Made by a program: the position numbers and the translations under genes
Origin: Balanoglossus misakiensis
Lineage: Eukaryota; Animalia; Hemichordata
Reading direction: 5' to 3'
Assembly: GCA_040954595.2 (NCBI GenBank)
Contig: CM082578.2
Location: forward strand, 848,731 to 912,730
DNA length: 64,000 nt
Notes under the pieces: model-generated
Told to the model about the DNA's origin: nothing
Databases searched by the model: none
Seen by the model: only the letters and a program-made list of their open reading frames with translations
Shown: positions 1-14,800 of the stretch, one piece after another
How positions within the stretch are numbered: position 1 is the first letter of the stretch
Layout: each line of letters starts with the position of its first letter

Positions 1-1716
1 CATAATGAAAAGCCAAAGTTTTGGCTCACCTGTGACACCTGCTTAACTCATTATTATGTGCATACCTAATTCTGGGCTAACCAAAAGGGCTAGAGGTCTG
101 GTTTTTGTTGGACATGGACCACTATGGGTCAAAATTTTCTGCCCAAATTTTGGGTGACCTCAGATGACCTTTGACCTACTTTTGCATATCTCGACATCCA
201 CAGCAGATACAGCCTTGGCGTTTGGAGGTATGGGGCCATAATGAAAAGCCAAAGTTTTGGGTCACCTATGACACCTGCTTAACTCATTATTTATGTGCAT
301 ACCTAATTCCGGGCTAACCAAAAGGGCTAGAGGTCTGGTTTTTGTTGGACATGCACCACTATGGGTCAAAATTTTCTGCCCAAATTTTGGGTGACCTCAG
401 ATGACCTTTGACCTACTTAACACAATATCAGCACCAAACATAGATATAACCTTGATATGTCATGGGATAAAACACAGCATTATGTTTCTACTCATTAATT
501 ATGTGCAGATCAGATAATAGAGCTTGGGCCCGGACAATGCTGCTTGCAGCTTTAATTCTTCTTCTTCTTCTTCTTCCGAGAAATTCGGCCAGGTAGATCT
601 GGAAAACCGCTGCACCTAGGGGGCTAAACTTGGTAGGGTGATAGGGGCCAATGAGTAGACGTGCAGTGGCTCGTGAATATTTAATTAGTCACGTGACCTG
701 GCGGCCATATTAGATTTCCTGAAAATCGTTAAACGAGTCCTTCTCAAATTTGGTGTGCAGGTAGCCTACCTTCTGTCCATCATTTTACCCCCTTGAAATC
801 ATGACGTCACACATAAAGTTTTTTTGCTACAATTGTTTTTCTGAAAAACTACTTAAAACTTTAAAAATCTTCTTCTCCAGAACCAGCGATTGCCGATTCA
901 CGGGATTCGGGGTATGTGGTCACCTAACCTATGTTTATCAAGTTTGCGAAGCGCACTGTGATTGGTCGATCATTATGGCGGCCATGTTAAATTTTCGGAA
1001 AACCATTGAAAAATGTTGACAGCACGTAAATTCTTGTTTTGGATATGAGTCATCATATGACCGGAAGTTGTTACAATTTTTCGGGGCAATTATGACATGA
1101 CCTTTGACCCAGTTTTAAAACAACTAATTATATATGCATATTCCCCATACCTCCTATTGTAAAAGCACCACAGTCATGAATTTTGTGGACATGGGTACCA
1201 ATGCTGCCAGGACATGACACAACTATTTTGGTAATTTTGGCAATGACCCTTGACCTATTTCTGAAACATCATTTTTCTGCATATCTAATTCCAGGCTAAC
1301 CAATAGGGCTAGAGGTCTGGTTTTAGTTGGACATGGCCCACTCCGGGGTCAAAATTTTATGCCCAAATTTTGGGTGACCTTGGATGACCTTTGATCTAAT
1401 TTCCCATATCTCAGCATCCACAGCAGTTAGAGTCCTGGCTTTTGGAGGGCCGATGGAGCAGATATGGAGTCTTACACAAGACCTCATTAATTATGCGCAT
1501 ACCTAATTATAGGCGAACCAATAGAGCTAGGTGTTTGGTTTTTGTTGGACCTAGACTAGTATGGGGTCCGATTTTTTTGCCCAAATTTGGGGTGACCTCA
1601 GGTGACCTTTGACCTACTTTCCAATATCTTGGTATCCACAGCAGATACAGCCTTGGCATTTGCTTGTTACCATGGGAACCGCTTGTGCCCCGCCAACGCT
1701 GCTTGCAGCTTTAATT
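1..1716 (-). mobile_element. Nested copies of a non-autonomous DNA element family (terminus AATTAAAGCTGCAAGCAGC), same family as the 7793-27682 outer element
   Basis: GCTGCTTGCAGCTTTAATT at ~539-557 and ~1698-1716 is the reverse complement of the terminus at 7790-7810. 640-710 matches the reverse complement of 27475-27545. Internal ~235-bp repeats at 1 and ~236. No coding capacity seen. Confidence 0.7.
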
Positions 1717-1953
1717 GTATTTTGCATTTTCTCACGGTGGCGACCATATTCCTTTGCGGCGAAGATTTATTATTTGTCTGGTTTAAACTTGCATATGCAC
1801 TCATACTTAGGGTTCATAATACTTGTACATAGTTCAGTGCATACTTCTGTATGGGCTAAAGGTGGTGCAGTTTGAAAAAAGTGTGATAATTTCCCAAAAG
1901 TACCAGCTGATGCACCGATTTATGTCTAATCTCTGTTTTGAATTTCTTGGCAG

Positions 1954-2841
1954 CTTAACCCAAGTTGATAGTACCCTTCTTGTCCTGGACAGAAGTCTAT
2001 CTGTCAGTACAAATGGTGTAACCGTATCAGTTGATGACAACTCGTGGCATAATGTTGTCATGGTAATTGAAGAAGGCATTGTGGCAGTTTACTTGAATGG
2101 TGTTGCAGTAACATCACCCCTTCCATCCTGGACAGGTATCGCTAACTCAGAAAAGTAAGTTGCTAGTAGAACTCCGAACATTTTTAACTCCTACAAAGCC
2201 ATAGAAAATTGTCATCATCACATGTTAATATTCTATATTTTTCTATACTGTCAAGTTTTCCCAAGCCTCAAGAGAAGTGAACCATTTATTTGTGAAGCAG
2301 TTATCTTGTTTATAACTTATCTGCTAGGTAGCTTGTCTTACTCCTACATGACGATACAATATCATCATAACATGTTGCGACTTACAACAAAACTGGCCAA
2401 AAAAATCAAGGGAGCTAACTATGGACATCAGCAAAGCTATCTTCGTGGCACTTTCAAATTCAAACTTATGCGGAACGATACTGATTTTCACAGTTTATTT
2501 TTGACAACTTCTTACCAGCACTTTTAATGAATTCATTATTCTCTTGTTTTTCAACAGCTGTATGGTAATTCTTGGTCAAAGCTATGACGAAAATGGACTC
2601 CTTGACAACTATTTTAGCTTCCATGGTGATGTTACACAGATGAATGTATACGATTATGTATTGACTCCTGTTGAAATCCAGAGTCTGGCTTTGAACTGTT
2701 CACAAAGTCCACTTGGCAATCATGTCATGTGGGTTGAAATGGATCAAGAGTTATTGGGAAGTGTGGTCAAAATCCAGCCATCAGCTTGTGGAAGTACCAG
2801 GTGCCCAATTGGTTACTCTGGTTCACCATGCACACCTGTTG
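1954..2841 (+). CDS. Host exons 1954-2154 and 2558-2841: pentraxin/LamG domain plus an EGF-like stub
   Basis: DDNSWHNVVMV...VYLNG, VILGQ...FHGDVTQMNVYDYVLTPVEIQSLALNC, CPIGYSGSPC; canonical splice sites. Confidence 0.85.
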
Positions 2842-5800
2842 GTAAATAGCCTTATTCATTACTATCAAACAATTTTATGCATAATCTGATGAGGAGAAAT
2901 TGGGTCATATTCACAGAGTTGATTAATCCTAAATCCTTACTTTAACACAGCTCTCCTTGTAATGTTGTGTCTGTCCAGGGAAAACTGTGTGAAATTTTGA
3001 GTAGTTTTTCCTGTGTACATTCACCAGCCCCTAGCTGTTGTGTGTTGTACTCCAATCACACAGCCTGCAATCTCCCTACTTTAGGAAGTATAGGGAATCA
3101 TCATCTGCCCATGCCTGTATCGCTCACTCTTTTTGTTTCTACCGTACATGTATTTAACACTGAATGTAATGATACTATTCACAACCAACATCACCATCAT
3201 CATCATCATAATCATCATCACCACCACCACCACCACCATCATCATCATCATCGTCATCATCATCACCATCATCATCATCAGTTTCTGCTGTTCCAAGAAC
3301 TAGGCTTATCATGAGTGTAATTGATCATATCAGTTATTATGCCTATGGATACCATCTCATGACTCCTGTCCTATCTTGTAGTGTTTCTTGACAGTGATCT
3401 AGTCTATTCACATGTATCAGAAAACAAGCACTTAACAATATCTGGATTTCTGAATATGTGACAGATATTAACATCTAGTAGTGCATTTACCTAAATGTAC
3501 CAGTGTATGCATAGGGGGTGTGGACCAGTTGTTTAATTTACAAACATTTGTTATTCTTTCACTTTTTTTTCTTCAGATAAACACGCTCCTGAAGTCATTT
3601 ACTGTCCCAATACGACCCGTATAATTAGTCCTAATAGCTTGACAACAGGAGTATGGCAGGAGCCTATATTTACAGATGATGTCGCCATTGCCAATGTGAC
3701 ACAAACCTACACAATGGGTAAGTTTCCTATAAAATATCATTTCTGATTATAGATAATATATAACATTCACACTAACTAAGTTTTTTTTATCGGGGTGGGG
3801 TGGGGAGTTGATCTAAACAGAAACCAACAAGCTGAGACAACTTTCCTAAGATTATGGTCAGTATGAAGCATACTGGTACAGTTTATACTTGTGGCCGTTA
3901 CTCATATATGGCTAGCACATCCTATGTGCGACAGATGATCTTGCTTCCAAGTATTAAAGCCTCAATTGCTGATACTATTACCATATGTTTATAGGCCCTT
4001 TCCTCGATCCCAGGGCAGTACAATGAAGTTAAAACTCGAAAGCATTTGTGTTTGCACGTAATTGTTTATTGGAAACAAAAGATTTGACCAACTGTTGAGC
4101 AAGGCCTTTAATCAGTAAAGTACTTAATATTCTCCACTACTACTGGGGATACCCATACCACAAATGTTGTGTTCTCTTACAATGGGCAGTTGAATAAACG
4201 TGTGCGGCACCATATCTGTTTAGTATACATATCTTGTTCATGTTTATATGTACAGTCACAATCAGGAGTTGATAATATGCCTGTGTATACCCACCAGATA
4301 GCTCACTTAAATGGACCATTCTAAGTTTGAAAAGAAAATCATGAAAAACATTCAAGAAACGGAAGCTATTTTGGCTTTAGCACCCATGCCTGTAATGATG
4401 TGCATAATTTTGTTCTTACAGGTGACACCTTTTCCTGGGGAACCTACCAGATCAGCTATGTTGCTTCAGATACAGCTGGCAACAATGCACAGTGCAACTT
4501 TTTACTCTATGTACTGCGTGAGTGAATTTTTTTATCATTCATACATAAACTTTACAAATTAATTAATATCTTGACAAATTGTTATCTCTACCCCTTGTTA
4601 TGTCTTGTCACATACTGTAAAACGGGACATTTTCGTGACAGAAAATATTTTGCAATATATCAAAAGAGGCAACTGTGACACGAGAATTAAATTTCCGCAT
4701 TCTAGTATTTTACTAACTACTCTGTTATCTCTGAAAAACATTTTATGCGACTTTATTTTCTTCTTCTTTTTTGCCGAAGTTTGGGAAAATTTGCCGTTTT
4801 ACAGTAATATGATTGCATCATTATCACTTTTGTCCCTATGTAACTATCAAAAATTATAACAACATCATTCAGAACATACAAGGACACTCAAACCCGTCTA
4901 AAACAAACCCTGTCTAATCGGGAAACCTCTCTTCAACCAACAGTTTTTCCTAGTCCCTTTTACATAGAAACATGTTAATGTGTTGGTGTTCTGTTTAAAA
5001 GATTTGACTGTGTAATAAATATGGTTGTCACACATACACCATTAAGACAGTTCTGAAGCATCTCAGAATTGATACTGTCTTAAAAAACATGTGTGGACGG
5101 TGTAAGTGGTCCTGAAACGTCTCAGATTTGAGACGGCTCTGCCAGCCAGACCTGAGCCGGTGTAAGGATTAACACCTCTCCGCAACCCATTGTCTATGGG
5201 GCCGAGCCTCAGCGCCCATACATAAACTTTGTGTGTGTGGACACAACATGACTCAAAGGATTAATGCTCTGTGGTTAGCACTGGCAAATAGTGTCTCAAA
5301 TTTTACCCTGTGTGAACCTGGTAAAAGAGGCATTGTGCCCTAGTGGCTAGGGTTGTGGGTTCGTTACCTAGACCTGGGCATTTGGGTAGTATTTGCCTGT
5401 TGGATGATATATGAGACACAGACATTTGGGTAGTATTTGCCTGTTGGATGATAGATGAAATAAAATTAAAAATATATAGACAAATAAACTGTGTTCTCCT
5501 TTCTTTTACAGCATTTGATTGTGAAAAGCCAGCACCACCAGTTAAAGGTATTTCCATCTGTAATGAGTTTGAGTCGGGTGTGTTCTGTCAGGTGGATTGT
5601 TTACCAGGATACAAGTTTGCAAGCCTGCCAGCACCTTACTATCTCTGCCATAGTGAAGGATATTTTAATCCTGAGAATCCAGACGAGGAATTCACCTTCC
5701 CTGGATGTTCAGGTGAGAAAAAAATGATTTGGTATCAGTAAAGAAATATAATCAGGTTGCACATGCACATTCAGAAAATGCTCCAAAGAGAGAGAGTTGT

Positions 5801-8800
5801 GAGAGGGGGTATTCCAGCATTGAGACAATTTTCTTTTAGTTATAAATGAAAAGAGAAATATGAGTAATGCAAATTCTTGCTTTACAGTATGTCAAGGTTG
5901 TGATTACAGGTAGATAATTTGTTAACATCATATCTGCTTACCCCAATATAAAGCTCCAGTACATTTGAGCTATTTTCTTAATATTTTGTTCTGGGTAAGC
6001 AGCTGTAACTTTCCTGATTGGCTAATCGGTTTCGCAGTCTAAGTCAATACATCGTTCGCTAGATTGAAAATTGCATCTTTAACAAAATTTGTTTGTTTGT
6101 ATTGTTCTACTGCAGCTCCTGGGAAGACTCAACGTGGAGTGAATTGTGGCGTGTCATACAATTCACAGGCTGGTACATGTAACAATGGTGTCATCCAGCA
6201 ATTGAGGATCAGTTTTATGAACACTATCAACTATCTGAATGATTTGTTTGGTATTTGTGGCGGTGAATGCAACTTTGATGACCTTGAAATAACCTGCAAT
6301 GCCTCAAACCGAAGAAAGAGACAGGCTGATACTCAGCTTGTGGTTCAGTTCAGTTTCACAACCAATGCGTGAGTAGTAATTGTAATTTTTCGAGTATTTT
6401 ATTCCCCTTCTGTTCTATTGAAATGACTTTGGTGACATGTCTAGGGTACTGATCCCAGGCTGTGTGAGGACCAGCTCTGTATTCCCTATACAGCTGGTGT
6501 TTGCATTATTGCAAAATATTCCATTCATGCAAGTGAAAACAAATTATTTTGTGTCTTAACACTCAAACATTTTCAGTTTTTGGCAACCCCATCATTTCTG
6601 CCCACCTTCCTTCATGTTGCGGCATCCTGTATTCTAAAGATTCGTGCATTCGAAATATACTGCAAAACGTGTTATTTTCGCGAGCAGTAAATTTCTGCAA
6701 AACATGCGCTGGTCAAAAAAACGTTAAAATAAAAAGTTGTGTAAAATGTTTTTGGAGATAATGATGCAGTTAGTGAAATACGAGAACTCGAAAATTCGTC
6801 CTCACGTAACAGTCGCCTCTTTTAATATCGCGAAAATTTCCTGTCGTGAAAACAACCCAGTTTACAGTACACACTTCTGGTTGGTATTGTAATGTGGCAT
6901 ATGTAAGAATTTTTTGCCTGTTGTTTTATCCATTAGCTCTGCTGATGCTGCAGCTGTAGTTATTGAAGATGCAGTCAAGAATGGTACTTTTGATACAGCT
7001 GAATATTCGGTCGACGCTGAGACATTACAAGTTGAAAGTACAATATTCTGTTCCAATGGTAGTGTTCTTGTTGGAGAAGAATGTGGTGAGTGCCTATACT
7101 CCTCAGTTGTTATGTACTTTAACCCTTTCACTCCCAGTTTCCTCTATAGAGGTCAAACCTTACCATAGAAAACAATTGGTTTGGACTGAACCATGGTGGT
7201 GAAAGGATTAAAACTGTGTCCAAAATTAATATTATAAAAAGGTGTAGATGTTAATATGTTTATATCGCCTGATATGACCTGTTAGGTGGGCCGTATTGCT
7301 GCAAGTGTGGTTGTGAGTCGCAGTGTACAAATCAAAGACAAGTGTGAGTGGTAAATAAAACCCAACCAAGAGGTGATATAAGGAAATAATTGATTTGATA
7401 TGCTCATACCAAGGAGGGACAAAGTCTCTTTCTCGCTGCCCTTTTTCCATTAATTATGTTTGATAGAAGACACAGTTAATGTTATTCTACATGTGGATAT
7501 ATAGTGAATCAACATTCAACCACACACAACTGCCATCCCACTTGTAGACACAAGAGTGAAAAACTGGCCAAAATGAATGCTGTGTGTTACAATTGTAGTT
7601 GTGTTTTAAACCATTAATGCATAATGATCAGTACATGAACAATGTATACATCTGCCTTCAACATTTTGTATTTCCACAGTATTGTGTCCTGAAGGGTCGT
7701 ACCATGACACTGAGCTGAGTCAGTGCCATCCTTGTGCAATTGGATATTATCAACCCCTTGAGGGACAAACAGCATGCAATGCCTGTCCAAATTAAAGCTG
7801 CAAGCAGCGTTGAAGGGGCCCAAGCATAGAGTTAATAACCATTAGACTCCATTCAGGGTTGTACCATTCAAATGCGTAGGCTGTATTTGCTCTGGATGTG
7901 GAGATATGGGGAAGTAGGCAACCACCCGAAATGGATGTCTTACAAGTACAAACACAACAACCAAAGGTGAACTTCTACGTTGTAAGTACTTCAGTTACTT
8001 CAAAGGTCAGCTGAGGGTATCCAAAAATTGGGCCAAAAATTAGGATTCTTATTTGGTTCATATTCAAGACAACGGAAAATCCTCGCTGTTTGGGTTTGTC
8101 AAATTAGATATGGCCATAATAATGAGTTACGCAAGTAAGTTACAGGTAGCCCCTAAAATTTAGCATTTCATGACGCAGAGGGTCCTACCCTACCCCTCCA
8201 AACACCTGGCTATACATGATGTGCATGCTAACATATGGAAAGCAGGTCAATGGACACCTGATGTCACCCAAAAATTTGACAAAAATGTTCATTCCTGTTT
8301 ATGTCATGTGCAAGAAATCCTACATTTGCAGCCCTTTCACTTAGCCTACCATTAGGTATGCACGTAATACATGAATCAAGCAGGTGTCGCAGGTATCCGC
8401 CTGTATTTGGCATTTCATGATAGTTTCGCTCGGAATACCAAAGCTGCACTTGTACAACGGGCTGAGATATGGCACTGTACGACAGAGGTCATCCAAATCA
8501 ACTTATACATTTGGGCAAAAACAAACTGACACTTACATTCGTCCCTGTGGAACAAAAACCACACCTATTGCCCTGTTGGTTAGGCTGCATTCACAAACAC
8601 CTCTGGAGGGGGGTGGGCAGGAGAATTGAGGGGGGGATTTGAAAAAATTTAGGGTATGTAAGGGGGGGATTTGAAATAATTTTGGGACTGTAAAGGGGGG
8701 GGGCTTGAAAACTTTGAGGACTAAATATTTATTTTGAGTCCACAAAAATGCAGTTTTGAACCCTTCATAATACAACATTTTCTAATGTGGGAGGGGAACA

Positions 8801-11800
8801 CCCCCTCCCACACCCACCCCCGTCATTCATCAGCACCTTTAAATCATTGACTGTTTTATCTAGTGTCCCAGGTCAGGGGACTTGCCCCCACCCCATGATA
8901 ACTTTGAGCAGCGACGGTTAAATTTGTCCTCCCCAACATACCGGTAGTTGAGTTAATTTGCTTTTGCCGGGTTCATTAAAATGCAGTTGTGAACTCTGTA
9001 TTTTATAAAATTTTCGTACGTGGGAGGGGGACACCCCCTCCCAAACCCACCCCCTTCACTTCTCGATTTACAATGTCTCCCAACACAGAATACTAAGTTA
9101 AAAAAAATAGAAACAATTATGTTCAGTTTTAATACCCACTGATAAGGGGAAACATCAGTTTCAAATTCTTTTCATGAGAGCGCTGTTTTTCTTTTTTACA
9201 AGATAGATAGGTGATGTGTTTTGCTGTGTGAAAGAAAATTGGGGGGGGGGGGGGATTTGAAAATTTTAGCAGTTCGGAAGGGGGGGATTTGAAAATATTT
9301 CGGGTTGTTGAGGGGGGCATGTGAAAATTAACGGTAAAAAAAATTGAATTCTCCTGCCCCCCCCTCCAGAGGTGTTTGTGAATGCAGCCTTAGTGTCCAA
9401 TTAAATGTACAAAATCAATGACTTAGGCAGGTGCAACAGGTGACCCCGCCTTTGGTATATCTTTATGGTCCCATCCCTATATGCCCCCCCCCCCCACGCC
9501 AAAGCTGCATGCATCTGCTGTGGATGCTCACTAAGCAAAAGTAGGTGAAATGTCACATAAGATCGCCCATAAGGCTGCATTCACAAACACCTCTTGAGGG
9601 GGGGGGGAGAATTCAATTTGTTTTACCGCTAATTTTCACATGCCCCCCGTACACAACCCGAAAAATTTCAAATCCCCCCCTTCCGAACTGCCAAAATTTT
9701 GAAATCCCCCCTCCCCATTTTCTTTCACAGAGCAAAACACATCACCTAGTATCTATCTTGTAAAAAAAGAAAAACAGCGCTCCCATTTTTTAAGTATTTG
9801 TATCCTGTGTTGGGAGACATTGTAAACCGAGAATTGAAGGGGGTGGGTTTGGGAGGGGGTGCACGTAAGAAAATTTTATAAAATACAGAGCTCAAAGCTG
9901 CATTTAATTAGAAAATTTTGTAAAATAAAGGGCGCGAAACTGCATTTTTGTGGACTCAAAATAAATATTTAGTCGTCAAAGTTTTCAAGTCCCCGCCCTT
10001 TCAGTCCCAAAATTATTTCAAATCCCCGCCTCAATTCTCCTGCCCCCCCCCCCCTCCTGAGGTGTTTGTGAATGCAGCCTAACTTGACAGGAAAATCGGA
10101 CTTCATATTGATCCATTTGCAACAAATACCACACTAGCATCCCTTTCATTGACCCCACAATTACGCATGCACATAATTGAGTTACGCAGGTGTCACAGGT
10201 GACCCCCGAATCGGGCGTATTATTTTGGTCCCATACAGCTGCATGAAGCTGCGTGCCATTACGGGCGATCTGATAACCCCCACGGCCACCTGCGGGCCAA
10301 CCCCCATACTGAACGTTCAGTTGCAACGTCACGACTGAAGTAGGAACTGTTGAACGGCAAAGAAGCCTGATCTCTGATTATTGCTGGTACCATACTCCCT
10401 TCGTGCAAGAAAATCATTGGTCTGCTGCCGCAATACATTGAATGTTAACCAGTGCAGGTATTTAAGGGTGTCGAAAAGACAAGAGTGAGGGGCCAAAGTG
10501 CGGGACACGCACAGTGCAATAAATGGCACTCTGCGGGAATTCACGCACAATGCAATATATTCGACTCTGCGGGAATACGCACACTGCACAAGATGTGGGA
10601 GGACCCTTGGCTTTGATTACATTTGAATTTCGAGGAGTTCGATCGTGTTTTTGACAACGTCCGACGACATTCGGGCGAATGATCGGGCGATCAACCACCC
10701 ACGATCGACATTTTCTACTTTCATGTTGCATTTCGAGGAGGTCGATCGTGTTTTTGACGATGTCCGACGACATTCGGTCGTTGAAAATAATAAATGATCG
10801 GGCGATCAACCACCCACAATCGACATTTTCTACTGTCCTGATGTTGCATTCGTAAGTGGTAAACCCAATGACCAACAGAGCAAGGTCCGTTCCCTGCGTG
10901 TCGGATCACATCCCATCGCGCAACAATTTCGCTGGAGACTGTCGCTGCACTCACGCCATATGCACATCTTTGCGTTCTAATTCGAGCGGGAAGTGAGTTA
11001 TCCCGTCTATGCTTGTTCCGGAAAACCCGTGTTATGACGTCAAGGTCATTCATTGATACAAGATCGCACTGTTGACGTGCGACGCGTTTGCAAATCAAAA
11101 TCCACGCAAACGATTTTCCGGGCAGGACTATGACATGTTCACAGGATGAATGCACTGCAAAAAACGTGATGTCTGCAGAGCATGTATGTGCCATCACCCA
11201 TATGACAGGCTGCAGCTTCATGAACACGAGCTAGAAACAAAGGCCATGCGTATGTACGTGTGCACGTTCCGTGTCTTCTCCTTGCTATATGCATTCGCGT
11301 TCCGAAAACACACGGTAAAACTCATCAAAATGTGTTGTTATTTTATATGCGATGTCTGTACAGTGTGCACGCAATTTTCGCCTTTTATGTGCCAAATAAA
11401 CTATTGAAACTACTGTTGTCATGCTCTTGTCTTGGTATTTTTCTTCTTCTTGGCATCGCTATTAAACCTCTCTTGTACATATACGTTCAATTTTAGAGAT
11501 AACGTGTAGGCCCCCTCAAAGAAAGCCGGTTGCCCCCTCAAAGAAAGCCGGTGTTGCTAGTTTGGCATTTGTTGCTAGTATTCTGAATATCTCCCCTGTG
11601 ACAGCACAAGTCCACGAGCACCTGTGGTCCGAGGTCTGGGACCGTCGATTTTAAGTGTGTTAAAAGTAAAGCAAACTTAACCTCAAAACTGAATATTTTC
11701 CCTATACTTGAACATGCATAATTACAATAGAATAAATTAAAATAAAGGCTAAATGAAATCAGATCTTTAAACCAAATAGTGTTTTGAATAGAGCAATTAC

Positions 11801-14800
11801 TACTCTATATCATATATAAAAGACAAAACAAATACATTAAAAAAAATTTTCCAAGTGTCCAAAAAAATTATTCTTTTGTTTTTATACATGTTAAGTCTAT
11901 GGGCATTATTTCAGTCTATTTTGCAACAACATTTGGAATACTTAATGGCGTCCAATCTCAAAAGTGTAAACTTTTTTATATTCTAGAACATCTCATGATG
12001 GTTTCTGGAAAGTTTCATCTTTGAAATGCTTAAAATAAAAAAATAATCTTAAAAAAGCAAAGTGTATATTAAAAAAAGCTAATTTACAGCTAATTTACAG
12101 AAGTTTGCTTTTTGGTCAAAAAAGTGCTTTTATGTTAAAATATTTAAATGTAACTTTTGTCAAGAGTTTATAGATAGACACTCTACTTGTGTACCAAATT
12201 TCGAGGTCAAAGGTCAAAGGATAATGAAATCCGACATAGGTAAACCAACAACTATAAGCAATGGCGAAGTTGACCTTGACCTTCGAATTTCAAAATTTTT
12301 TCACCACACCACATTAAAACAACTTATTATCAATCTATCCTGTAATTTTCAGTGGTTTCCAACTATATTAAGGGGGTGACACCGCGTACCCTAAAAAGTA
12401 TGTTTTTTTCAATAGGTTTTTCCGCAATAACTTTTCAAGGTCAAGTTCAAAGTTGGTCAAATTTTAGTATGTTATAAAACTCGCCGAGACCTTTCTGAAA
12501 ATATATAGTTTGTTATGGTTTATGTAAAATTTAAAAGTACCTACCAAGAAATCCGTCCATGCACAATTTGGACTTGCCGTCTGGAGCAACTTGCATATAC
12601 CCACCAAGGCATTTTTTTGGCCTTTCTAAAAATGTTTTTTTTTAAAGGCTGGGGTTAGACAGGGGACCAAAATCAATAACAACAACCTAAAAGATAACAA
12701 AATAAATCCAAACAATTTTTTCTAACCCTCTTTTTTTGGCCAAACAAGACATAAGTTGGGCATTGGGGGACTCGACCTTAAAAAACATGGAAGGGTTGAC
12801 TTGTTTTTGTTGATATTTTTTGTTGTTGTTGTTTACATGTTTACCTACATTGTATCAAAAGGAGGGGTAAAAAAAACATTGGCAAGGCAGTAGGGTTAGA
12901 GCCCGAAATCTCAGGTCCCCTAATGCCCGTTGGACCCTAATTAGGGTTAGGGTTAGGGTTAGGGGGTTTAAGATCACATACTGGTACATGTGTATGTTTT
13001 GTGAGTTGTGTGATGTATTTTGTAGTACAAGGGATGTCAATACATCCATACAGGAGTGCCTATATGAGCGCAAGTCTCTTTTCAGGATTTCTCTGTAACA
13101 CTTCAAATTTTTGACATTATCGGTGTCATCCTTGCACAAAAATTAATGACCCTCCCCTTGACAAGTGCCCAAAACGTAGCGGCCGTCCCCCAAACCGTTG
13201 CATGAGAAATGGTGACCCTCCCCCCAATCGCACCGGCCCTCCCCCCTTGTTAATTCTGACCAGGCCCTTACCGCGCGGCCGATGCCTCCCCTAAGTTGGC
13301 AGTAGTTTCGACTAGAATTTCCACTGCAAACCAAAACATGGTTCATGCACGCAAACTTATGTAAGAGTAAAAGCTCGGGTCATCAGTAACATGTGTCTGA
13401 AATATTGCATTTTCTTGTGTGAAAGTTTTGCCATCCAACGTGCATGTAAGGCTGTGCATGAATGTACATTGTACTGCACTGTAAACTTGGACATTGCATT
13501 ACCGCAAGGATTTAATTTCATTCCACCAACAAATCAGGGCCATGGGCAGATATTCACCCATTTAGGCCGAAACCATCACTTTTAGCTTTCAATAGTTAAC
13601 ATGACTTTAGTTGGGGTCTTAATCGGCAACGGGGCTGAAATCGGCAGCTTTACCTGCCGATCTTATCCCTTAGAAGCCATGGTTTGTTTGTCAAGGCATG
13701 CGCGGGGACGTATTCGGCATGGTGCCGAATTCGGCACAACACCGGGACTAAAATAAAATGTTTGCTGATAAAAATGTTAATGGTGTTGCATCATTTTGTC
13801 GTTCATCCTGGAGTGACTGTGATCCTGTCAATCATATTGCGACAATTATTTTTTTCAAGGTTGTACCAATAAAAACCTAACATATCCAATAGTGTTTGTC
13901 GTTTATTTATTATCTTATTTGGGGTGCCCCCGATGCCTGCACATGTACATACTTCGTACTGTATTACGTTCGCTTCTGCTTTTAATCTCGTTTGAAATGC
14001 CGTTTTCTTCGTGTATACGTTTGCATTTGTGCCTAATCTTGAAATGTTTTTGGGCTCACGTGATAAAACCGCGATTATTTGACCCTTTTTGTGAGATTTT
14101 TATTATGTGTTGTATTCTTTGGGTTCATTGTGTTTTACTGATAAGGGTTTTCCTTCATGTCTACGTGATGCTAAGATGCTCTATGTGAATCGGTCTGGGC
14201 GGGGTTCATCGGTACGCTCATTTTGCGCAAGGCAATCTGCGCCACTCAACTAATATTTCTCTATGAACTGGTTGACATGTAGGATGAGTCGGTAGAAGGG
14301 AAAATAAACTTATAAGACCGTTTCATTTTATAAGCAGTCTCATTTAGAATGATGTCCCATCGGATGCAATACTTATGCTAAAAGTATACCTACTGGCACA
14401 GAAATTTAAGTTCAACTAAGACTTCATCGTCACATTCGACCGAGTTAAAACATAAATAATCACTGTGGACAAATACTGTGGAAGTTATATCTCACGGTGG
14501 TATTTCCTCCCGAGTAGAATGGTTAAAAGCACTAATAGCTCGATAATCGGAGTGAGAAAAACGAACAACATTTACACCTGTTTTCAGTTATTGCCTTGTT
14601 CGTTTTATCACAGACAATTTGACTACTAGTATTTTTCTGTGGTTTTATTCCATGAGAGTAGCGTGTTGACTGAAGAACTTGTGGAGATCATTATTGCCTA
14701 CATTTGTGAACTCTGTTATAGCGCTCAACAGAAACAAATTTTAAAACCTTGTTGACTGACATCTTAGTTGACAACCTTTTGCTTTCCCAAGTTGTAGGCC

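Noticed and set aside
2967-3314. Poly-His ORF
   Set aside because: Translation of an intronic (CAT/CAC)n microsatellite.
5290-5400. tRNA or tRNA-derived SINE head
   Set aside because: Only a weak GGTTCG B-box-like match; no cloverleaf could be built.
10329-11496. Overlapping ORFs near the left TIR
   Set aside because: They run through TIR and subterminal repeats, with no recognisable motifs or splice structure.
12941-12964. Telomere or chromosome fusion site
   Set aside because: Only four units, one orientation, embedded in transposon debris.
11548-13745. Nested element bounded by CCGGTGTTG...CAACACCGG
   Set aside because: Only 9 bp of inverted match, no matching TSD, and the left end overlaps a local 22-bp duplication.
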